Shown one piece after another: positions 49,655 through 61,600 of a DNA stretch of 64,000 nucleotides (position 1 is the first letter of the stretch; each line of letters begins with the position of its first letter). Under the pieces are notes generated by a model, which worked only from the letters and a program-made list of their open reading frames with translations, made no database searches and was not told the DNA's origin. This stretch comes from Lytechinus pictus. Taxonomy: Eukaryota. The position numbers and the translations under genes are program-made. The stretch covers positions 6,388,001 through 6,452,000 of the forward strand of contig NC_087251.1 of assembly GCF_037042905.1 (NCBI RefSeq). Reading direction: 5' to 3'.

Positions 49655-50314
49655 CTGCGAGTTCCACTTCCAAAATTTCCACCGGCGTGTCGTAATTTGC
49701 TGGGCCAGCGGAGAAGGCAGCTAAACATATCAGATTACGTTGCTCAGTCTTGATCTCTCCAGCACACAAAACCACAACCCCCACGAACATGCGATGCGGA
49801 GTGGTGATGTAATGAACAATTTTGTGAAAATTATGAAAACAAAATGGAAAAATCCATTTCATTAGAAGGTAATTATATTAAATGGATTCTAACAAAGAAT
49901 AGATGGGTCTATCTCAAATTAAAAGCAAGGAATATACTGAGGATTATTCTTCAAAAACTAGGACTAAGTTGTCAAAGATTAGAATGAGTTGTATCTCCTC
50001 TTTGTCGAGACTATGTGAATGTCTATTTTTCTATTGAAAAAGTATTTATTTTTCTTTGGACGGAACAATTATTCCCTTCTTGATAATGTATCAATCCTAG
50101 CAGAAGTTAAAGACAAACTATGTTTTATGCTCCTTCACTTTAACTACGAGAAACGCAAATTATTACAAAGAAACGAGTTGTGTCTTCAAATCCCGGAAGT
50201 CGTAGTTTCGCGCCAGCTTTAGTTCACGTGGTTTATTATTCCCGCGAAGTTCATAACAAAGATTTGGATTCTGATCTAAAAGAATACGTGCTCTCTGACT
50301 GATTGTGCTCCAAA
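49655..50314. promoter_or_regulatory. Divergent COQ8 / MCM5 promoter with cell-cycle motifs
   Basis: E2F-type TTTCGCGCC (50206-50214) and TTCCCGCG (50239-50246), ETS CCGGAAGT (50193-50200), E-box CACGTG (50225-50230) and CHR-like TTCAAA (50185-50190), all within 130 bp of the MCM5 ATG. Confidence 0.65.
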
Positions 50315-52565
50315 ATGGCAGGATTTGATGATCCAGGAATCTTTTTCTCTGACAATTTTGGATCAGAAGATCAACCTGATGATGGCAGGATTAATCGAGC
50401 CGCCTTGCAACGTCGTTTCAAGGACTTTCTTCGAAAGTTTCATGATGCAAACTTTTCCTACAAATACCGGTAAGAAAGAGACTGCACTGCACTGCTAGCG
50501 CGGCTGGCGGTGCGGTGTGTCTGTGCATATTTTTGGGACATTTAAATTTTAAAGGTAAAAGGTAAACATTTTAAAGGTTTTAAAGGTAAAAGCTAGATCC
50601 ACTCAAGGATTCATTACCATCCTGCCTGTGGGGAATCTAGTACAGGTAGGACTATGGAGTATGGTGTATGCCAATGCTGTACACAGCACACAATTTAAAG
50701 CCTTTAAAGGGAATGGTCCGGGCTGAAGTAAAATATTAATATGTGAAATAAATAGAGTAAAATTCAGGTAAGAGTTCCATAATATATGCACCCCAGGCCC
50801 CACTAAAATTGAAAACAAAAAATAGGAGAAGGTTCAGAATAATATATCTAGCCCTAATATAGGCCTAGGCCTAGAACATATATGATGGGGGAGTGGAAAT
50901 AAATACCAAAATATGGCTTTATACCGTCAAATTTCGAGCAGGATCTATCTATAATCTAGTTTTATTTAGTCGGTAACTAAGTAAGTAAAGCCAGGGACCG
51001 GCAGGGTCTGTGTCCTGTGAGTCAAGACGAGTCGAACTACCGGCTGATAATCGTTAAAAATACCCCTTCCGGTATCAGCGCTTCTCGCTAGCATAGCGGG
51101 AAAGGTCTTGACTGCAGATAAAACGAGGTGAGTTCGAGTCCCAACTAACATGACTAAGGTATTTAAAGCAACAGTAAAGAAATGATAGGAACAAACCGGA
51201 AGTCTCAACAATCTTTTTTTATTTTTGGTGGGGGGTGCATATGGAACCATGGAACTCTTTCCAAAATTCACAGAGCAAATTGCTGAAAATTTCATCAAAA
51301 ATGGATAACAAATACTGAAGTTATTGAATTTAAAGTTTAATCAATAAGACAATATTTTGTGAAAACAGTAATAGACTATATACGCACATCGTCATGAATA
51401 TTCATTAAGTGGGCTGATGATGTCACTTCCCCACTTTCCTTTTTCTTTTGTTTTACATGTATTACATGAAATCATAATTGTTTCATTTTTTCATACATGT
51501 GTAAATGATGCGTCTCCATTATGATGAAATAAGTTGCGGCAATAAATAACTAATGCACTAAATCAGTTGTCAATCGAATTATTTTAGTTCTTGGTAGAAA
51601 CATTTTGAATAAACCTAATATATAATAAAATAGAATTGAGGACTTCGTGATGATATTTTTTGATATTTTGACATAGATCTAGACCTATATATATGTCAAA
51701 ATATTATTTAATATTTTGACATAGAATCTATATGTCAAAATATTTAAAAATATCATCATGAAGTCCTCAGGCTAATAATAAATACAAAAGAACAAGTGGG
51801 GATATGACATCATCAGCCCACCTAATGAATATTCATGAAGACTTGCCTAGAACTGTTTCACAGGAATAATGCAAATCTTTCAAAATTCAATTACTTCGAT
51901 ATTTGTTATCCGATTTTAATCAAATTTTCAGCATTTTGCTCTGTGAATTTTAATCTATTTATTGAGATATAAATATCTCCAGGCTGGACCATCCCTTTAA
52001 AAAATCATTAAAATATCACTTTTGTGACCAAATATACTAATTTCCATACAGTTGCAATTTATTTTTCATTAGTAACTTGGGAGTAATTTTTTGTATTCAC
52101 CAGAGCGCTCGAAAACTTGAATTTCGGGCATATTTTTATGTTCAATTCAATTCAATTCAATTCAATGTCTTTATTTCCATATCAGTAAAAAAAATAAAAT
52201 TCATATTTACAACACATAACATTATAAATGCATTTCTAGTCATTAAATATTTACATACATAAAGAGAGCATTAAAAAAAATGCATTTCATAATCCATGTA
52301 CAATAATATAATAGATGAGGAAAAAGGGGGGAACTAAAAAGCGAAGCTTGTGGGTTAAATGTTCCCCCCAGGAACAAAAATTCAGTAGATTGTGTACACA
52401 AAGAAGATGATAAAAAAAGCGTTTAAACAGAGTAACAAAGCAAAAACAAAACAAACACATCCACACCACACAGTCAATCACACAGGCATGGGGGGGGGGG
52501 AGGAGGTATTTGTGCCTAGTCAATTGTGCCTGGAACAAGTCACTCTAAAATTTGTAAATGAAAAG

Positions 52566-52602
<37 letters not shown>

Positions 52603-55600
52603 AAGTGAACCAGCCACAAAGAGTGAGACGCATCAAATACCGGTAAAGCACAATGTACATACATATTATCCAATTATTAGAGAGAGAAAAAAAAATATAT
52701 ATATTTAGTGACTATAAGTGGATAGCAAGCTTGATTTACATTTTTGTTTAAAAGAGTTTAAATAGCTGCATGATGTAACATTCACATTCAGAGTATTCCA
52801 TATCCGAGGACCTTGATGACGGATTAATCTCAGTGAGCGATCATTTTCTACTTTTGAATAGTGTAATTTTGAACTTTGTCGGGTATTGTAAGAATGAATA
52901 TGCTTATTTTGTTGAAAAAATGAAGAGATATTGCTAGGTAATATTGTTTTTTTTAGTTTGAACATTAGAATAGCAGTTTGGTAAGTATGAATATCAAAAA
53001 TATTCAACGTTTTAAGTCTAAAGAATATTGGTTGAGAATGGGCAAGGAAATGAGAAGATGTACAAATTCGTAAAGCCTTTTTCTGAAGTTTGTGCAAGGG
53101 TTCAAGTTTTGTTGAACCTGTCCCTCCCCATGCAATATTACAGTATTGTAAATAAGGAAGGATTAAAGAATTGTATAGCATTATCAGATGTTTTTCGGGA
53201 AGAATAGATTGGAGTTTAAATAAAATGCCTATACTTTTTTATACTTTCCTACATATTTCCAATCTATGCTCACTGAAATTAATCTTATCATCAAGGGTGA
53301 CTCCAAGAAATTTAACATTTCTGGTCATTGTAAGATTGACATTATTCATAATTAAGGAAATATTCAATTGATTATGAACAGTATTTTTGTTTGAGAAATA
53401 TAAAAAGTTTGTTTTTTCATAGTTGACAATAAGTTTGTTTGCATTAAACCAGTTAGTAATTTTAATCAGTTCACTATTTGTTTTGTTTATTAAATTAAAA
53501 AGATTATGATCTGATGCAATAATTGTGGTGTCATCAGCAAATAAGATAAACTCATCCATATGTACATGTATGCCCTCTATTAGTGGAAAGTAATATGGCA
53601 AGACAATTGTAATTTTTCAATCTCTATTTTTAATTAAGAAAAAATAATTTAGAGAATCAAATTTACTAAAAAACCAAGTTGTATGATGAATAGCTGTAAT
53701 GGAAACTGACAGTGTCAAAAAATCAAGCATTTGTCCCAAAGAAAAAGAGAAAATAAGCCAAACATTGCCAACCTTATTTCACCTAGTCTTGAGGACGCAA
53801 TGATGATGACTTTTAAAATAATTAAATATACTACTTCATCATTGACGTCTTGACACTCTTCCCATAGTCGCAGAAGAGAAGGACCAAAACAAAGATGGAT
53901 TTCCCTCGGAAATCATCTTTTGAAACAAAAATCACTCGAATTTTATGAATTTCATTGATTTTTACACCTTCCTACGCCTAATGCATAGGAAGGTTTTAAA
54001 AATTATAATATAAAAATGTGAAAAAATTAAGGTTTCTTACCTAACTGATGCCGAGTAGACCCCTCGATCCAAATGTAAACAACGTAAGTACAATAGCGTT
54101 GACCCTTGAACCGCTTATGTATGACAAACTTCCGGCTAGCGATGCCGTTCTGATGAATAATTCATAGGAAAAAAATATTATTTCGCAAATGTTAAAATTT
54201 ATCACGTAATTATAAATAATTAGTATAATACTAATAATTATTTATAATCATGTAATAAATTTTAGTATTTGTGAAATAATCATTTTTATCTATAAATTAT
54301 TCATCAGAACGGCATCGCTAGCCGGAAGTACGTCATACATAAGTGGTTCAAGGGTCGACGCTATTGTACTTACGTTGTTTACATGTGGATCGAGGTGTCT
54401 ACTCGGCATCAGTTAGGTAAGAAACCTTAATTTTTTCACATTTTGATATTATAATTTTTAAAACCTTCCTACGCATTAGGCGTAGGAAGGTGTAAAAATC
54501 AATGAAATTCATAAAATTCAAGTGATTTTTGTTTCAAAAGATGGATTTCCGTGGGAAATCCATCTTCGTTTTGGTCCTTCTCTTCTGCGACTATGGGAAG
54601 AGTGTCAAGACGTCAATGATGAAGAAGTATATTTCATTATATTAAAAGTCATCATCTTTGCGTCCTCAAGACCAATTTCACCACACAGAGAGTAATAACA
54701 GAGAACAAGATTGTATCATAACCTTGTTCATAGAATGAGTGGTCTAGATCTAGGCCTATGGCCGATCGAAGATGGAGTAGCCAGGAGGCTCCTAACTTAG
54801 AGATTAATAAATTTTCTACGTAGGTTAATCTCCACGTACAGACTGCTGGCAGCCGTCTGTTTCAAAGAGTTTTTTAACATGATTTTTTTTTTAATTTCTT
54901 GCGCTCGTACAAAGACGGCTCGCGATCGTGCAGCCACCATTAAGGGGTTAGCAATACAAAATCTCCATGGAGCAAGGGACGGCCTGCCATTGCACTACAC
55001 GCGACGTAATTTTCATGATTTTTCCATGATTTAATTAAATAAAATTAAAGCTCAAAATCACAACTTTATAAATATATCAGGGTTTTGACTTTGAGGAATT
55101 GAGCTCAAACTTATAACTGTTAGTGTTTGTGTATGAGTAACCCAAGCAACGTTAGACTAAAGTAGATCTAACAGTTTATAAAATGGGCTAGACTCTCTGA
55201 CTCTACAATATCCTTTTAGATCTAGATTCTAACCCTTTCGGCCAAAAGTTGTCTCTTTAAAAAAAATTAGATCTAGACCTTGTTAGATCTACATGTAAAA
55301 GGTCTAGATCTAGATTAACCCAGGGAGCTCCTGCGCGGGCGGGAGCCCAGGGGCTTACCGTGTATTTGATCATACTCACAGGACTAGCATGATTTATGGT
55401 CTAAATATTTCTCCAAATGAATTGCAAAAACAGAAATTATGCACTTACCACAATTATATGGATGTAGGTCTAACAAGTGGCAGTTTCCTGACATCAAGGA
55501 ACAGACTGGAACCTCAAAAAACAAAAATTTCTCTCTTACCCCAGTCTAGATCGGCCATTTTGTTATGATTCATAACAAAAATGGCCGATCTAGACTGGGG

Positions 55601-58600
55601 TAGAAGGAGAAAACTTTTCGTTTTTTTGAGGTTCCAGTCTGTGCCTCGATGTCAGGAAACTGTCACTCGTTAGACCTACATCCATATAATCGTGGTAAGT
55701 GCATAAATTCTGTTTTTACAATTCATTTGGAGAAATATTTAGACCATAAATCATGCTAGTCCCGTGAGTATGGTCAAATACACGGTAAGCCCCTGGGCTC
55801 CCTGGGTTAGATCTAGATCTGAATAAAAATATGAAAAGAAGAGGAGCATTTAGATCTACTCACATATGTTAGTGTCGCCATCTTGTCTTACAGTTACATG
55901 CATAATTATAAGGTTCAGTTCTGGACACAGGATCTTCTGTTCCTCTAGGCCTACGTGTATGTCCAGCTGACCTGGTGACTGATAAACAGTGACGTCTGAA
56001 GAATTGGCACGGTCCGGGGAGGAACCTTATAATCAAATTTAAATTCTGCATTACGCCACCAAAAATCAATCCTCTTTTCAAGTTGTAATATACCCTTAGA
56101 ATAATCTAGATCTAGACTCTTCTACAAGCTCGGGAAGAGTAGAATCTAGATCTATTCCATAAGTTGCAGATTCTCAATGTAAAAAAGTTCTTGTATTCTT
56201 AATTAGCTCTAATTGTGAAAAGCTTGTGTGCATGACCCCTGTACTGGCGAGAGAATTATGTATCTGCAAATGCTTGCATTTTTTATCTTTGTTATTGCAG
56301 CCTACATGTAGCTAAGAGACGTGTATAGAGGGCGGCAAAATCATGAGTGGTGCTAGATAAAAAGTTTGTGCATTTGCCGATACATATAAATCTCACCTCA
56401 ATGCTTAATCCTGCCGAGTTGAGATTCATGATATTTATCGGCAAATGTACGCATTTTTTATCTAGCACCACCGCTCATGATTTTGCCGCCCTCTATACGC
56501 GTCTCGTAGCTAGGCTGCAATAATAAAGAAGACAAGGTGGCGACAATAACATTTGTAAATAAATGCTCCTCTTCTTACAATCTTTTTTTAAAGTTAACAT
56601 AAATTCATAATAAAAAAAGGCACAATTAGTGCCTAAGGGGTGGGGGAATAGCGTTGTAGCCCATTTACATAAGTTAGGGCTACAAAAGTTTAAGATATAG
56701 GTTTTTGTCTCGCCTGCATAGCAGAGCGAGACTATAGGCGCCGCTTTTCCGACGGCCGCGGCGGCGTCAACATCAAATCTTAACCTAAGGTTAAGTTTTT
56801 GAAATGACATTATAACTTAAAAAGTCTATGGACCTAGTTCATGAAACTTGGACATAAGGTTAATCAAGTATTACTGAACATCTTGCCTGAGTTTCAGGTC
56901 ACATGACCAAGGTCAAAGGTCATTTAGGGTCAATGAACTTTGACCATGTTGGGAGAATTATTTTCAAAATCTTAACCAAAGGTTAAGTTTTAAAAATGAC
57001 ATCATAACTTAGAAAGTATATGGACCTAGTTCATGAAACTTGGGCATAAGGTTAATCAAGTATAAGTGAACATCCTGCTCAAGTTTCAGGTCACGTGACC
57101 AATGTCAAACGTCATTTAGGGTCAATGAACTTTGGTCAAGTTGGGGGTATTTGTTGAATTACTATCATAACTTTGAAAATTTATGGATCTAGTTCATGTA
57201 ACTTGGCCATAAGGTTAATCAAGTATTAGTGAACATCCTGCCTGAGTTTCAGGTCACATGACCATGGTCAATGGTCAATGGTCAATGGTCATTTAAGGTC
57301 AATGAACTTTGGCCGTGTTGGGGGTATTTGTTAAATTACCATCCTAACATTCTGAAAGTTTACGGATCTAGTTCATAAAACTTGGACATAAGAGTAATCA
57401 AGTATCACTGTACATCCTGTACGAGTTTCAGGTCACATGACCATGGTCAAAGGTCATTAAAGGTCAATGAACTTTGGCCGTGTTGGGGGTATTCGTTGAA
57501 TTACCATCATAACTCTGAAAGTTTATGGATCTAGTTCATAAAACTTGGGATATAAGAGTAATCAAGTATCACTGAACATCCCCTATGAGTTTCAGGTCAC
57601 AAAACCAAGGTCAAAGGTCAGTTAAGGTCAATAAACTTAGGCCATGTTGGGGTAATTGTTGAATTGTCATCATAACTTTGAAAGTTTATAGATAGAGTGA
57701 ATGAAATGTGGACATGGGTGTAGTTGACAAGTCTTAAGTCACCGTTCAAATGTCATTTATGGTCAATGAACGTGGTATTATGTCATTATATGAATGGTGT
57801 TTTTGTGAATGATTATTTTATAGTAGTTTTCAAAGTTAGCACTGCTGCGATATTAAAATCGCATAATGCAGGCGAGACTGCCAGAGGCGTTCCACTTGTT
57901 TAGGAAGAGTCTACCTTGGGGAAAAACGATGGTGTGTGTACCTGAATGCAATGCAATCCCTGGCTCCGTGGAGATTAAGCATGTCAGTGAATGGCTTGAT
58001 CTCTAGGAGCCTCCTGGCTATAGTCTGCAGGCACAGACCCTGATTGAAACTTCGATCAGCAAGTGTGTCTCCATACAAAACTTGCTGTTTCAATCCTGAG
58101 CGAGAGGGCCTTCAGTACACTAGGTACATGTATGATTAGACTGCACATTCAGACCCTTGAGTGAAGGGTTTACACAGCAGACTACCAGTATCCTGGCTAT
58201 GCGTGACAAAGATGGAAATTACGGGATCTGAGAGTGCTAAAAATAGATTCAGTGACCTCAATTCCCCCCATTTCGTCTATTTTTCATGACTTGCTGTCTT
58301 CCAATAATCTTGTTCTGAAACCTGATATGTTTACATTGACTAACGCACTCAATTCATGTTGGCACTTGACAGGTGAATGAACTTTCATAGATTTCTTGTG
58401 TGGAGAAGTCTTTGAAAACTGAGACAGTCCTTGTAAACTGGGATGATCCCAATTTTCTGACCAGCGCCTCTACTGTTTTGGGAAACCTCATAGAATTTGT
58501 TTGTACTTATAATAAAATCAGCACTTTAAACTATATTTTCCTTATTTCCCCTGATTTGCAGAGATGAGCTTAAGCGTCATTACAACTTGGGTCACTACTT

Positions 58601-61600
58601 CTTGGAGATCAGTCTTGATGATTTGGCCAGCTTTGATGAAGATTTGGCTGACCAATTACAAAAACAACCAGCTGAATACCTTCCATTGGTAAGAACAAAC
58701 TGTTGATTACCAAGCTCTAGAGTCTACCTTTTTTTTTTTTTTTTTGGTCATTTTAAATCACTCCTAAATCAAATGAAAAAAATTATTTAAAAAAAAAGCT
58801 CTCGAAGAAGGTAAACATGCCATATAGATTTAGATACATGTATTGAGGAATGTTTATTGTGCTTGTTCTTGTGGATAGATTGTTATGTTAGTAGCTATAA
58901 CATATTTGTAATAAATTTGCCATATAGATTATGTGCACAAGCAGCTCGAGTGCTTCCTACTAAAAATCAGAATGAAGACCTTTATGTGTAAATTGTATGA
59001 TTTTTTACTTCTGATATAGATCTTGAAACTTGATGGGCTGAATCAGCTAAACTGTATTTCAGTGTTAAAGATGAAACTTTTTACGAGACTGTAAATATTA
59101 TCTCTTTGTACAAACAGTTTGAGGAAGCAGCTAAGGAAACCGCTGATGAAGTGACAAGACCCAGGCCTGAAGAAGATGAAGATGTCCAAGATATTCAGAT
59201 CATGCTCAAATCTGAAGCCAACCCCATCCCAATCAGGAACCTGAAAGTGAGTGTTGAATGATTTACCTACAAGGATTCTGGAACAACCTGGGACAGCGCT
59301 TTAAAAACCTAAAGCTATTTGAAAATTAATTTCATTAGCATACTAATACAGCCTGGAAACTTTGAATATTGTGTTTTGAAGGGGAAGTTCACCATGATTA
59401 TCAAGTTGATTTTCAAGAATGGCAAACAAATAAGATTATAGGTTTGACGAAAGTCCACAGAAAAACAGAAATAAAACTTTTGAAAGTTTTGCTTTTATGA
59501 CGTACATGTACATGCAAGCAGCTGCATGTCATGTAATACAAAATTACAACTTGTCAAATGTTTTTTTCTTTTAAAGTCTGAAGAGGTCTCAAAGCTTATC
59601 AAGATTCCAGGTATTGTGATTGCTGCATCAGCAATCCGTGCTAAGGCAACACGCATTACCATCCAGTGTCGTAGCTGCAGGAACTATGTACCTAATCTAA
59701 CTCTTAAGCCCGGGCTAGAGGGTTACACCATGCCTCGTAAATGCAACACGTGAGTTTGAAATTTTGTTACGATACAAACTATCAAGTACTAAGGGTTTTT
59801 TTATGAAGTAAATTATATATTTTTAACACCTATGTAATGCCTAAATGTATTCCATATAAGTTGTACTTAGTCCTTTGCATATTTGGGGGCAAAAGACTTG
59901 TAGATTTGACTATACAATCTGAATTTAGAAAAAAAATTGAATTCTTTGTATACAGTGTGTATAAAAAAACGGGACAGTTTTAAATTATTAAAAAGTTGTT
60001 TCAAATTATGATATCTATATTTTGATGTTAATAGATGCTCTGAAATCTTATCTTTGAATGCCATTTAAAAAAATAAATTTTGTTCATGCTTGAGCGAACA
60101 CGGGACTTTTTTCGGGGGTTTAAAAAGAGGCTTGCGTCAAAATGGCAGAAATTAGAAATTTGATGATTAGACTTTTGTCTAATCAGCAGACTTCCTCCTA
60201 ATCTTTTCATTATCAAAGCAATAATTTTCAAATTATGCTGTCAAATTTCATTTACAAATTTATTTATTTACCTGAATTATTTTGTTTGTCATATAAACTT
60301 CTTTTACCTTTGGACTTTCCTTCATAAGTAAGAAAAGAAGACTTTTTGTCAACCCGAGCAAGTATATTTGCTTTATTAATTGGGAGAATTGTAGTTATTC
60401 AGATTCTTTTATAACGTGAAACAAATAAAATTATGGTCTATAAAAGACATGAATCCTATTTTCAAGGGGTTATTGAATCCTTCACAAAGTTTAATTATGT
60501 GCTTGACAGGACAAGCAGGAAAGGATTCATGTCTTTCAATGGCAATGGTGTATTGAGTCAATTTTGAAGGAGCAAGATATGGCAGATCGGGAAAAATGTA
60601 TTAAAAAGTTGTGAAGCAAGCAAGCAAAAATTTCCACTTTTTTATTAAAATATCCTATTTGTGATTTTGACATAATATTCAGAAAGTGATATCATATTTC
60701 ACTTTCTTTTTTTTCCTGTTATTTCCTTTCCACTTTTTTTTTCTTGGTCATGATTTTTTTTTTATTGGTGGGGGGGGGGGGAGCACCCCATCAGTATGCC
60801 ACGGTTCAAAGGCACCATAACCATTGTAGCACACAATGAAATAGGATTCGGAAAAAACACACGCTCTCCCATACTTTGGTTGAAAAAGAAAAATCTTGCC
60901 CAAAGAAGGAATATTCAAAGATAAAAGAGAACATATATTAAAAAGTAACAACACCAGAACAATTCAAGCAAATAAGTAGATTTGGAAATAAATTATGACC
61001 ACATAATTCGAAAATTGTGACAAAGATAATGAAACGGTTAAGAGGAAGTCTGCTGATTAGCAAGAAGTGCGACCATCACATTTATCATTTTATGCCATTT
61101 TGGCGCAAGCCTCCTTTTTAACCCTAGACAAAAACATTCCATGTTCGCTCAAGCATGAACGAAACTTAATGTCATAATGTCATTTGAAGGATAAGACTTC
61201 AGAGCACTTATTAACACCAAAATATAGAGATCATAATTTGAAACAAAAATTTTATAGACTTTTTAAATCTGTCCCGTTTTTTTATACGCACTGTATAGGC
61301 AAAACAAACAAATTTCCAAATTTAACTGATGAAATTTGAATTAAACAGAATTGTTGGGATTAAGACTTGCTTGCAACATTTAAAGCATCATTTCGGAAAA
61401 GCCAAATATTGTGATTTATTCTGATTAGTAAACTGATTTATGTGAAACAAACAAAACAAAGTTTGATCTATCAAATTTGTTCTCATATTATTTGTATTCA
61501 GTGATCAGGCGGGAAGACCTAAGTGCCCATTGGATCCATTCTTTATTGTACCAGACAAGTGTAAGTGTGTAGACTTTCAGATTTTGAAGCTTCAGGAGGC

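Larger units (their letters stand above)
50704..52000. mobile_element. Kolobok-like TTAA MITE hosting two nested insertions
   Basis: TTAA|AGGGAATGGTCCGGGCTG ... CAGGCTGGACCATCCCT|TTAA; body similar to the other TTAA MITEs (GCTGAAAATTTCATCAAAA). Confidence 0.75.

Noticed and set aside
53556..53601. N-terminus of the 120-aa RT-like ORF
   Set aside because: Flanking DNA read in frame beyond the LINE truncation point.
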